Of a stretch of 64,000 bases of DNA, positions 38,617-51,800 are shown one piece after another. The translations under genes were made by a program, and so were the position numbers. Within the stretch, counting starts at the first letter, position 1, and each line of letters starts with the position of its first letter. The notes under the pieces were generated by a model. That model saw only the letters and a program-made list of their open reading frames with translations, had not been told where the DNA came from and searched no databases. Location of the stretch: positions 172,801,741 through 172,865,740 of the forward strand of contig CM041465.1 of the NCBI GenBank assembly GCA_023213395.1, given 5' to 3'. The stretch comes from Cycas panzhihuaensis (lineage: Eukaryota > Plantae > Cycadophyta).

Positions 38617-39112
38617 TTCTCGAGCCTTCAAGGAATCCATACGATGTAGGCTGATTCCAAGAACTTCCTGTTGCCCTTCGAACTTGCTATCACCGATGAT
38701 GATAATCTTTGCGGTGATTTGTACATTCGAGTGAGCAGAGCTCCTGACCAGTCTTTTGAGAACTGATGTATCATAGTGGGTAGCAGTGCGATGGTGTTCG
38801 TACAAAACTTGGCAGTGCGAAGGTGTTCCTCCCAGTGGCCTATTGATGCTTGCTCCCCACCGTGGCCCGCTGTCAAAGAACTGATCCTGCAACATTGAGA
38901 CATCTCCATAACTGACATGGATCCTCACCTCAACAAGCCGTCTCTCCTACAAACCATACGAAGATCGACCTGCAACAAACCTTCGTCGCCATGGAGAAGC
39001 GTAACATGTAGGGTTTCTCTCTTTCCCTCCTCTCGGATCCCAAATTACATCTTAAATCAATTTTCTTTTATAAAAATAATAATTCCATCTGGTCCACGTC
39101 TCCCTAACCCCC

Positions 39113-39116
<4 letters not shown>

Positions 39117-39176
<60 letters not shown>
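39117..39176. repeat. (AT)30 microsatellite inside the Copia-6 leader
   Basis: Directly visible. Confidence 0.98.
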
Positions 39177-39178
<2 letters not shown>

Positions 39179-41176
39179 CAAATCAAACCTAATCAACCTT
39201 AGGTTAATTAAAATTAACCTTCCCCTTATTATATTTGATTTATAAATCAACATTATCCCCTTTATTACTTTTATTATTACAATATCCCCCCCTTATATTT
39301 TATTATTTACCCCTATTTATTATATTTATTATTACATTAGCACCCCCCCCCCCCCTACATTTTATTATTAAAATTAACCCTCCCTAACTACATTTTTAAT
39401 GTTAAAATTAACCCCCTCTATTACACTTTAATATTAAAAATAGTGCCCTCCCTATTACATTTATAAATTAACAAAATACCCCCTCATTGCTTTAGTGTAT
39501 TAATATCTTTTTTAATTAAACCTTCATTTTTAATCAATAAAATCTAGCTATTACCCCCCCATTAAATATTTGGATATTAAACCCCTTTCCACACTTAATT
39601 TATAGATTTTAATTATGCCATTTAACTTTTTGATTCACAATAAATAAAATCAATAAAATATTTTTTTTTTAAATCAAATTAATATATCTTTAAATAAAAC
39701 TACATATATTTTTTTTTGCATTTTAACTCATTATTATTTTTCTAAAATTGTGGAAGATCTATAATAATCTTTACAAACTATTATTTGTTATAAAACTCGT
39801 TAATTATTAACAGTTAGTCAAAAGTTTTTTTTAATAACTTATTCATATCTGTTGTCTTCTTAAAATAATCAAAAGGGAATCTAAATACTCTTAATTATTA
39901 GTTTGTAAAGTTTTTTTTTTAAGTCTTTAAATAAACACTTAGCCTTTTTTACTTGTGATTGAATAAATAATTTATTCTTTAACAACAATAAGGGGGACTA
40001 TTAACATATTTTTTCTCAGAAAAGGGGAATATTTAATTCTTTTGCTCTAGGGGAAGGGTATCCAAATTTAATAACTATGGTTTTCAGTTTCTTATCATTC
40101 GATTAAACATGTTACTCTGATGTTTAGTAATTTCAATATAACTATTATCACTTATACTTATTCATCTAAATTTTCTAAATCTTTTGACTCAAACAGACTT
40201 CTAATCAGCATTTATAATTCCTAATATGGCACTAATACCAGGGACAATCACTTGCGTTATGATTCCAGTTCTAACTGGCTCAAACTATGCTGACTGGAGG
40301 AATTACATTTCCCATCAGCTTAAACAATAGAAGATATGGTGATATGTAATAGGTGAATTCAAAAACCAAAAGACGCAACTTTAGAAAGCTATATGGTATA
40401 TCTGATGAACTCTGATTCATCTCTAGGCCCCATCCTATTGTCACTCTCACCATAAATCAATCGACAGTTCTATGATACAAATGATCTAGCCACTGTCTGG
40501 AATACTCTTAAGGAAAAATATGATAAGGTCGACACACAACAATTGGCTGTCCTAGAACAACAATTGTATAACCTTAATTATGATGATTTTTTTAAAGTCG
40601 AAGACTTTTTATCCAAAATTTAACTAATTAATAAAGATCTAAACAACTGTATTAAAACTATAATTAAAGTAGGTGATGTAGAACAAATAGTCATACATGC
40701 TAAAGATGACGATACGCTCGTATATCTTGCGATAAACAAACTACTAAAATATTTTAATCTTTTCAAGACTGTTAGACAACAAGCTGGTATTCCTCTGATA
40801 ACTTATAATCAGTTGACAAACCAACTAATTGAACATCAAACGATATTAATTCAAATAGGAAAATTGAAAGATCCTTCTCAGGCTTTCTTTTCTAAATCAA
40901 AGCCTCAAAATAAAACCAAACATCAGAACAACTTTAATAGTAATCCAAAATTCAAAAAACCTCATAAAGGTCCACCTCCTAGTTTTCAAAATAATACTAA
41001 GTATTTTGGTCCACCTAAATATCAGAATACTTCCAAACAGTCTTTTTCAAATCAGAACTTTGTTAATCCTTCTCAGAGCATTAGTTGTGCCTACTGCCAT
41101 AAAAAAGACCCCACTATTGACGTTTGCAGAAGTATAATAACTTCAGAAGCCTGGAAAGCTTTTAAGGGATTGCAAC

Positions 41177-41226
41177 CCTGACCACAATCCTGACCACAAT
41201 CCTGACCACAAACTCGACCACAATCT
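41177..41226 (+). repeat. 12-bp tandem repeat (cctgaccacaat) x4 between gag and protease of Copia-6
   Basis: Directly visible; encodes (R/*)PQS units. Confidence 0.9.
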
Positions 41227-44200
41227 CATAATCACTCTTTAACGGTAATAACTTCTATATTTATTGCTCCATCTAATCAATCACCTCAATGGATCCTTGA
41301 CTCTGGTGCTTCCTATCACATGATAAGACGCTAGAAAAATTTATCTACTTATCAATATGATACTAACTCTGAAGAAGAGATTTCTTTTGGAAGTAGATCC
41401 TAACTCAAAGTAAAAGGATAAGGTGATGTCACTTTGAAAGATGATTCAATCAAGGATGTCTTCTACATGCCAGATTTGTTACCAAACCTTTTCTCTGTCT
41501 ACCAAATCTACTAGAAAGACCTTGTTGTTGAATTCTGAAAAGATAAATTTATTATTAAAAAACCATTAAATAAATTCAAACCTATTTCCTCTAGACATGT
41601 TGATCATAAAATAAGTCTCTATAGCCTAACTAGTTTATAAAATACCAAAACAAAGTCCTTTAGTGCCTTCATAGTCAAATTTGATCCAATCAGTAAACTA
41701 TGGCATGCACGATTTAACCATACTAGTTATGGAAAACTTTAGTACCTAAAAAGACATGACATGGTTCATGGTCTTCCACCTTTAAATACTGTTTATGGTA
41801 TCTACGAAGCCTGCGTAATAGGTAAGCAACACATAGATCCTTTTTCACATCAAACTCAATTCAGAGTGAAAGTTCCACTTGAACTTGTTCACTCTGATAT
41901 ATGTGGACCATTCCATGTAACTTCATATTCTAGCAGTCGTTATTTTGTCACGTTTATTGATGATTTTTCGAGAAAATATTGGGTGTACACACTTAAGACT
42001 CGTAATCAAGTGTTTGACATCTTCACTGAATTCAAAACACTTGTAAAAAATTAATCAAAATCGAAAATAAAAAAATTTAGATCTAATAATGGCAAATAAT
42101 ATCTAAGTGATAAATTCACTTTCTTTTGTAAGAAGCACAAAATTTAATTTCAGTATTCTGTTGCCTAGAATCCCCAGTAAAATGGTGTTGCTAAATGCAA
42201 AAACCGTACTCTTGTTGAAATGACTCGATGTATGCTACATATAAAGAGTCTTGACTTAAAGTTGTGGGCAGAAGCAATTTCCTGTTCCAACTATCTTTTA
42301 AACCGTTTACCTAGTAAATTTTTACAAAATGTTACTCTAGAACAAAAGTGGTCTAGACGAAAACCCTCAATTAAACATCTGAGACTTTTTAGAAGTATTG
42401 TGTGGGGACATATTTCCAAAGAAAAACATAAGAAACTCGATCCTAAAAGTCAAAAATATATCTTCATTGGATACAACGAAAAGAACAAAGCTTACAGACT
42501 TTTGGATCCAGTTACACACAAAATATCAATTTTACGTGATGTAATATTTGATGAAGAAGGATCCTCTTCAACTTCTACTTATGCAGAACTTCCTATTGAG
42601 AATCTATTAATCAATACCTATTTGGTTGACTCATCTGGAAAATAAATTAACCTTGAGACTATAGAATCATTACCCACACAAGTTCAGAATTAGACTCTAT
42701 CTGAACCAACCGTAATAGAGCCTTCTTCTCAAGCTAGCTCCTCATCTCAACCTATGACTACAGAAACAATCATAAACAAACAACCTGTATGGGTAAAGAA
42801 AACACTTTTTGACACTAGATCTAATGTAGGTAATCTTGTAGATACTAGGAGAACATATGCTCAAAAATTACATTCTAACTATATATTAATGGTTAAAATA
42901 ATGGCCAATAATGATCCTAAAACTTTTAAATAAGTTAGCAAAAATCTTGTATGGCAGGAAGCCATGCAAGTTGAATTTGATACTTTAAACAAGAATTTAA
43001 CTTGGGATCTTATTCCATCTTCACCAGGGAAAAATATAGTTGATTATAAATGGGTTTATCGAACTAAATACAATTCAACATGCGCAGTTGAAAAGCATAA
43101 AGCTCGCCTAGTTGTGAAAGGATTTCTCAAATCGATGGGATAGATTATAATGAAACCTTTGTCCCTATTGCAAAGATGAATACCATTAAAACTATTATTT
43201 CTCTAGCAACTAAATTCAACTGGGAAATCCATCAAATGGATGTCAAAAGCACGTTCCTAAATGGTGATCTTTAAGAAGAAATCTACATGTCTCAACCGCT
43301 TAGTTTTATTGATAACCTTAATTTAGTTTGTAAACTAAAAAAATCCATTTATGGATTAAAGCAAGCTCCTCGAGCTTGTACATAAAAGTAAATAATTATC
43401 TTACTCGAAACAGATACACTAGATATATCAGTGATCTAAATCTCTATTTTAAACGTGAAAACAAGAATCTTACTATATTAATCCTGTATGTCGATGATAT
43501 CATCATTACATGATCTTTAAAGAATAACATTCATAAACTAAAAATAATCTTAATGAATAAATTTGAAATGACCAATCTAAGTTTTCTACACTATTTTCTC
43601 GAATTACAAATTTACCAACACGATTAAAAAATAACCATATCTCAACCAAAATATATTTTAGACCTAATCAAATGGTTTAACATGGAAAATACTAAACTGG
43701 TTTCTAATCCTTTACAATCAGGAGTAAAATTATCTACTGATTATTCTGCACCCTTGTGTGATCCAACTTTATATAGGCAGCTTATTGGCAGCCTTATTTA
43801 TTTAACACATACCTGACCTGATATATCCTATGCTATTGCTTTATGTTCGTGTTATATGCAAAAACTACATGAATCACACTGGAAAGCTGCTAAACGTATT
43901 CTTCGATATCTTCAAAATACTATTTTTTATAGTCTAACTTATAATTCTTGCAGTAAACCTCTAACCTTAATAGGGTATATTGATTCAGATTGGGTAGGTG
44001 ACTCAAATGACTGTAAGTCCACATCAGGTTATGTATTTTTTATAGATTCCTCACCTATCATATGGTCTAGTAAAAAATGTAAGTCTTAGCTCTATCAACA
44101 ACTGAAGCTAAATATCGAGCACTTGTTGAAGTAAGCAAAGAAGCACTTTGGATCAAATCTCTCTTAAATAAAATTTGTCTGTTTCCTAACTCTTTTATAT

Positions 44201-44504
44201 AAATTAAAGTTGATAATCAAGGTGCGATTACTATTGCTACAAATCCAATTGCTCATTATAGAACTAAACACATAGAATTGTATCAGTATTTTATTCATAA
44301 TCTTGTTACTGATAATATTATTCATTTATCTTATTGTCCTACAGATCTACATGTTGTTGATATTCTTATCAAGTCATTGACTGAAGTCAAGTTTAAACCT
44401 GCGAGATTTGTTAAAGATAAAAGAAGTCTCCATCAAAGGGGGATCAATATGATGAAGACCTTCTTTATCTTCTATATTGTATAAAAGCTAACATTAAAGG
44501 GGGA

Positions 44505-44968
44505 TATTAGGAATATTAATATTAGCTTTATATTATTGTTAGTTTTATGTTAATGCTATTTTTTAATCACATATATAAATATAAATTTAAGTGATGTAAA
44601 GTTTTTTTTTATATAAGCTAATGTTAATTATTAATTATTATGTGAAGGTCGTTGAAATGCGCAACTGCTGATTTCAGCGAACCTCTCATTCTTCAAATAG
44701 CCTCTCATAGATTCTAGGAATTGGTTCCATGAATCTAGGAGGCTATCATAAGCCTATTTTGAAGGCTGGTTTCCGTATGTAGAGGGTATTCTTATCAAAG
44801 TTTTATGTAAGGTTTCCAAGTCAATAAATTTTAAACTTAGAGAGGTGGTTTTTCTTCTCCAAAAGGGGTTTTCCACCTGCCACATCATGTGTACATGTGC
44901 ATTATCAAATTTTCACTTATGTATGTTTATTTGATCCTGTGATATTGTACATGCTACCTATTTTTACA
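44505..44968 (+). repeat. 3' LTR of Copia-6
   Basis: Follows the PPT; followed by TSD ttgat. Confidence 0.96.
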
Positions 44969-47900
44969 TTGATGATAAGAGCACTAAGTGCATATTTATT
45001 GGGTATAGTGATGTGTCAAAATCATATAAGGTGTATGACCTAAATGAAAGAAAGGTTATGGTTAGTAGAGATATTGTATTTAAAGAATATGACTACTATC
45101 AATTAGATTATGTCTAAGATAAAGGCAAGAACATTATGATTAACTTTGATTCATCTCCCAAGTTCACATATGTGCCACCTAGACAATATTCAAGGTAAAA
45201 TGTTGGTGTATCAAGGCCAAGTGATGAGGGAACCTCTACTCAACCTCAAAGGTTTCTTAAACAGATTTAAAGAAGCCATGACTTGGATAACATATTAGAT
45301 AATAACTTTGACAAGATATTTACTCATTCACATTGAGTTAACTTCGCCCTTATAAGCTAAGTAATGGAAGTCCATGAGCCTCATACTTTTGAAGAGGCAG
45401 ATATTCATGATGAATAGAGATAAGCTATGGGAGATGAATATGATTCTATAGTGAAAAATAATACATGGGAACTCATTCATCTTCCTCCAAATAAAACATC
45501 CATTGGAACCAAATGGGTCTATAAGACCAAGTTTAGATCTTATAGATCTATTGTCAAATATAAAGCTAGACTAGTTGCCAATGGATATATATAAATAGAG
45601 GTATAGATTATAATGAAACCTTTGTTCCTATTGCTCGAATAGAGATGGTTTGTATGATATTGAGTCTAATAACTTAAAAAGATTAGGATGTTAATCAAAT
45701 AGACATTAAAAGCACTTTTCTTAACGGCTACATTAAAGAAGAAATATATGTTCAATAACCTAGAAAATAAAGTGTATAAACTTAAAAAGGCACTTTATGG
45801 TTTGAAACAAGCACCTAGAGCATGGTACTCTAGGATGGATAAATATTTCAGAGATTAAGGATTTGAGAGAACTCAATCGGATCTAAATTTGTATATCAAA
45901 ATCAAAACAGATTCCATATTAATTGTGAGACTTTATATTGATGGCTTGGTCTATATAGGAAATAACTCTCATCTTTCTAAAAGATTCAAGGATGATATGT
46001 ATAAAGAGTTTAAAATGATAGATTTGGGATTAATGCATTACTTCTTAGGATTAGATGTTTGGCAATATGATGATGGTATTTTTATTTCTCAAAGGAAATA
46101 TACTTTGGACTTACTCCAAAAGTTCAAGATAAATGACTGCAAGGCCTTAACCACACCAGTAGAAGTCAAAATCAAACTATCCAAACTTGATGACTCTACT
46201 CCAATTGATCCTATATTATATAGACAATTGATTAGAAGTCAAATATACTTGACATCAACATGACCTGATATCATGCATGCGGTTAGTATTGTATCAAGAT
46301 TTATGCAATATCCTAAATCTACACATTCGCAAGTGGCTAAATATATTGTAAGGTATCTAAAGGGTACGACAGACTAGGGGATACATTACAAACCTTTCTT
46401 AAATTTTAGGTTGATTGGATATAGATTTAGATTGGGCAGGTGATGTTGATGATAGAAAGTCTACTTCTGGATATACCTTTAGTTTAGGCTCAATAGTTAT
46501 AGCATGGAGTACCAAAAAGTAGAATACTGTTTCCTTATCTATAGTTGAAGCAGAATATAAGGCAGCAGTATCAGGTGTATGCGAAACAGTTTAGCTATGT
46601 TGACTACTTCATGATATCTAATTGGAATAGGATAGTCCTATAAAAATATGGTGTGATAATGAGAGAACTATTCAAATGACACGTAATCTAGTCTTTTATA
46701 GAAGAACTAAACACATTGAGATGCAACATCATTTCATTCAAGAAGTTGTCCAAGTAGGAGAAATAGAGTTAGTTTATTACAACACGGAAGATCAGACAAC
46801 AAACATATTTGCAAAGGTACTTAGAAAAGTTAAGTTCTATAAATTCATAGATAAACTTAGAGTTACACAAAATAAACATTATGAGAGAGAATGTTAGCAC
46901 ATATAACATTCATTTTGTTAAAAGTGTGCAATTGGACTTTGGGAATCCATGGGGCCACCTACAACCATCTATAGTTGACTTAAGAAGGGGTAAGTATTAT
47001 TTTATTATTTTTATTTGAAAAAAAATGGTCGATGGAAAACTCCCTCCCAACGTCCCAACTATATATTTGTGGTGAATTATTTATCGATATTATTTAACAC
47101 CACTAACTATTAGAAATTTGTTAATATTTTTCATCAATATGGATTGATACTATTATACTTTGTCCCCGGTTTGTACTTAAAGTTCATCTATATCATTGAA
47201 CTGCCTACATATGTTTAGTGAGAGAGAGAGGTTAAGACGGTGCCCAGGGCTTTATCACAAATCATCAGATAAATCATATAGATATCTGATTTAGTATTAG
47301 AAGGTTTTGTAAACTCTTTAGTTATGTATCGTCAAAAAATTTATTGTATGAACAAGTAAACAATTCCTAAGGGGAAATATTTTAAAGGTTATGATATTTA
47401 TGCCAATTCCCTCTTGATGATTCCATTGGTCTTTTTATGTGAGTTGGTAAAGTAATAAATGAACATATACCTACATATAATGTTAATCCTCTTTAGAGTA
47501 TGATTAAAAGTGGAGTTTATTCTAATTACCTTCTAAATTGCCTTGTGCTTTTCTAAAACTTTGAAGAGAAAATATAATCATAAAAACAATGTATTAACAT
47601 AATTCTAAACCATGCAAAGAATAAATATCATAAACAAACTAAGCACACAACAAAGAACACCAAGAGATTCAGGTCTAAGCATTGACCTTTTATTAATTTG
47701 AGCAATAGTTAAAGAATTACAGAGATGAAAACCCCAACTATTCTCATCGACTCATTAAAGACTCATCCAACATTTTATATGTGCCATTATATAAGAATAT
47801 ATAGATATAATTTTATAAGACACCACCTTACAATTTTACAGTATAATAGGCATAAATGACAAAGGGACTCAGATGTAATGCCTATATTCATGTAACACTT

Positions 47901-48879
47901 GTAAAGTGTTCAACATATCTAATAAACTTGGCTCCTTGGCCCTTAAGTATTGACTCCCTCTCCAATTTACTTTGGTTATCATGGCTTGGTTATGACTAAT
48001 TATTATGTGTTAGGAACACCTATTATAGGATACCTATGATTGGAATCAAGGCACATTAAATTGAAGCTTTGCCATTTAAAATTCTAGCCATCCTCTTTCA
48101 TTTTGTCTTATCTTAATGTTTGATTTCTGTCTTGGTCTTGTTTCAATCTTTTTCTTACTAAATGACTTCATTTTACTCATTTAAAAAAAATTTGATGGAA
48201 TAGGCTTGCCACCATTTTATGGACCCCAATAAGATTGTTATGTGCCTAGCAAAGTAGTTTGATGGTATACTACCAAAATTACAAAAAGCCCTTCAAAATT
48301 TTAGTAGACCGAAATATTCTGTAAAATATTTTGACGATATCTTTAAAATTTTGGTGACACTGCCGTGATTTTGGAAAGGCCATTGTAATTTTAATGGGTT
48401 CACCTTATCAAATTCTTGTCTAAACTTGAATTTAATTTCTTTGAAAAAATCTCAACTTTTTTTACTAATTTACATTTTGTTTTAATTTCTTTATCCTATC
48501 AAATAAAATAATGGGATACCATAGGCATAAAATAAATGGTTTTCTAGTAAAAAATATATTTTAAGAAGCTTATAAATTTTTATAAGCTCATTTGGTAAGG
48601 AAGCCCTTGATTGGTTTTATCGAATTGTTATTGGTTGTGTTTTACCTTAACTTACTTCTTATGTGTCTTGTCTCTCTTATGTATAGGTTTTGAAACTTAT
48701 TATACATCATTGAGGTTACTTTATGGTGGATTTCTTAGTGCTTATTTATTAAAAAAAATATAAATCAATTGCCTCCTAATATTCCATTACTCTGAGACTT
48801 TCTTTCTTCCTTCCACATTGCTTTATTTCACTATTTTTCTCTTTCTAATATTCTAATTTTTAGTAGAAATTAGTCATTC

Positions 48880-51800
48880 TAAGATAATACTTATGACTTA
48901 GCTTATTTGATCTTTCACTTTTCTTTAGCAATGTGCATGTAGGTTGTACATCTAAAAGTTCTAAGGTGTGGGACTGTAGGCTTCTATCTTGACCAAGCCT
49001 CCTCAGGTGTTATATTTTTGATAACTAAAATTGGGCTCTTGTTTGTGAGGTAAGCCACTATAGTAATAGCTTTAGCTTGAAATGAGTCAGCAAGGTTTGC
49101 AACATTAACCATTGTTATTCAAAATATTTAATTCATTCACTCAACAATACCATTTTTTTAAAGAGTACTAGGAATTAAGAACTGACGCTTGATGCCATGT
49201 TCTTTACAAAAATTGGTGAATTAATTTGATATATATTCACCTCCATTATTAGTACAAAGAATCTTGATTACAGTGTTGACTTCATTTTATCTTTAGATTT
49301 AAATTCCTTGAATTTCTTAAAGGCTTCAAATTTGTTCTTTAGAAAGTAGGCTCAAATTTTTCGATAATAATCATCAATGAATGCGATGAAATATAAATTG
49401 TTATTAAGAGAAGGTTTATACAAAGTTCCATAAATATCTAAGCGAATTAAGTCTAATGGTTTAGTTGATTACCAAGCTTTTTTAAAATTAAATGGTTGTC
49501 TGTATTATTTTCTAATAATACAAGCTACATAGAAACTATTATGCTATTTGATATTGGGCAGCCCATGCACCATCTAAAGTCTAAACATGAGGTTGAAACT
49601 GCATATTTAAATGACCAAAGCATTGATGCCATAACTAATCATTGGTATACTTATGAGAAGGTTTCTCCTTAATATGTGAAAATTTAGCTTATATATGAGA
49701 AGATTTAACTTGCATGAAAATAGGTGGGTCTTCTATAACAAGTTACTTTCCATTATCTAACAGAGTAGGATGCACAATGACACTTAGATTATGATTTTAT
49801 GTAGAGGAAAGTGGAATGCCATCAAGCTTGTATAGACTATTAGCATCATGTCTTGTAGCCACTACTTATCCAGTTAAGTAATTTGAAATTGTATAAGTTC
49901 CCTTGCTAAAGAGTACATTAAAGTTCTGCTTATCAATTTAACTAACAGAAAGTAGATTTTGCTTCATACCAAGTATATATAAAACATTGATGATATGGTG
50001 ACATATGTTCAAATCACTTAACACTATGGGAGCTTTCCTAATCTTAGCCACATCATATGTAACATCATCACCAAATATTATTGTCTATGCCTAAATGTGT
50101 TTGTTATTTTTTAAAAGTTTTTTAGTGCATGTCAAATGATGAGTAGCACTAGAATTTATCAACTAGGAGTTGTCTGAATGATTTGAAAACAGAGTGGCAT
50201 ATAATATGTTTTAGGTATTGGCCACTATTTCCTGGTTACAGGGAATGGGTATGGACATGTCGACTTAGGTAAAAGTAGGTATGCTTCTTCCTTTTCGCAT
50301 TTATTTGTTTCTTTGGAAAGGTAGATAGAAGCATTGCCTCATTGCACGATTGACTGCCTCATTTGAGTGATCACCTTGCATCTATTGCTTGATCATGTTA
50401 CTTGTCATATTTTCAACCTATGACGACCCTATGGGACCTACCTTTCTGCAAAGTAGGCATCTCCATGGCGCTCTACAACTCTCTGCGTCACCTCCACGTC
50501 GCCTCAAGCCTCACTCAACTTGTGTGATCTGCTTACACCGTAATCTTACATTCTTTCATAGCATTTCTGGGAACCCTAACTCTTGATGTCTCATTTGGTC
50601 TAGACCACATGTCACCTGGACTATCCCTAGCCGCCTGGACAAGAGGGTCGGCCCCTCCTAGGCCTATCACATCTCCTTCTAGGACTCCCAGAACCTTGGT
50701 CATTGCTATTTAGTATTCTGGTCTCGCACCATTGTAAACTAAGCGGTACCGTGAAGTTTACCGCGGTACTGCAAAGTTTACTGCAGTGTGACTATTGCAC
50801 TTTATTTTTTTAATCCGCTGTGGTAATTCTTGTTTTTTTCGCGAAATTGCCACGTGGATAAGTGACCAACTCAGCCCTACCCGAACCCTAATCGCTCAAT
50901 TAGGGTTAGGATGGGTATATATCCCGAAAAATACTTCATTTCACATCTCTTGGCTCTTAAACAATACGTTCAACTGCTGTAATTTTGCTCTCTTCCTCCT
51001 CTCTTTCACAGGTATGCCTGCAACACTGCATTTTCTGCCATTCTAGCCTAAGATCCGCCTCCAACAGCTCTGTCACGTGGCAGGAAACTCTCCTCCAAGC
51101 ATTTCCAAGCAAGATCTCCACGTTTCTCCTTTAGTTTCGCCCAGCAAGTGTCTTCCACAGCTCTACTTTGGGAAATACCCTACAAACCTTACAAGACCTG
51201 CACTCTTCCGCTATTTGCAGGGGTAGGTCTGCCCTTAACTCAGCCCAACAGGTACCCCTTACTTTGTTTTTTTGTTTTAGCACATGTTTACTCCATTAGA
51301 GCTTGTTCAAAAGTACATTTTCTTCCCTTTCTTGTCTTTTTGCTGTAAAAGGGATTGCTCTTTCTTGCGTTTAGCTTCAAAGACCTCAATCTCCTTCCCA
51401 TTCTCTACTGGTTTTTCTCAAGAAAGCTGTGGGAGAGGGTCAACAAGGACTGGGTGAAGGGAGTAAGGTGGGATCCGTCCCATTTAGACCTACTCCCCAA
51501 GGGAAAACCCCTTCCCATCCTTCCTCTCTTGCGCCTGTGCTTTTCTTGAGCTAACTAGGAGTGGGTGGAATCCAAGCTTGCGCAGGATATCAGCGTATGC
51601 AGCCCTTGTTACACTGGTTCCAGGCATGCACGCTCTCATTTTGGGCCTTCTTTATGCCCCTAACATTGTTCAGCACCCATTCAGACCTTTGGCTAAGCTT
51701 GCATGGTGATTCACTGCCCATGACGACTCCGCTACTTAGGCATCTCTCCTAGGTCCCGTAACATTCATTCTCATGCTTGTTCGCTGCTCATAGGCTGTCA

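Larger units (their letters stand above)
37591..44968 (+). mobile_element. Copia-6: full-length Copia element (youngest by LTR identity) with a captured host FY fragment in its leader
   Basis: LTRs 37591-38057 and 44505-44968 (about 34 substitutions plus 2 indels, ~93% identity by hand). Perfect TSD ttgat; PBS tggtattagag at 38058; PPT aaaggggga. gag starts ~40226 ('IPVLTGSNYADWR'); zinc knuckle 'CAYCHKK'; protease 'WILDSGASYHM'; INT ORFs 41761 and 42220; RT 'LYVDDIII'; RH ORF 43856. Confidence 0.97.
36648..47200 (+). mobile_element. Copia-5: 5'-truncated Copia (GAG-pre-integrase to 3' LTR), interrupted by Copia-6; LTR end approximate
   Basis: ORFs 36638 ('KNLLSVGQMME..WYKRFSH'), 37060 (rve 'FIDDYTRKTWVYFLK'), 45889 (RT) and 46676 (RH 'RTKHIEMQHHFI'). 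'KLD|DKSTKCIFIGY' is restored across Copia-6. PPT gagagagaa, then LTR tgttagc at 46892. Confidence 0.9.

Noticed and set aside
38314-38928. 204-aa ORF as a functional FY gene
   Set aside because: Non-ATG start; FY homology continues past a TAG with three more stops; conserved residues are altered by decay-type changes; most of the WD40 domain is absent.
47500-48600. 3' LTR of Copia-7
   Set aside because: Looks like old LTR debris but does not align convincingly with 55696-56250, and no PPT is adjacent.
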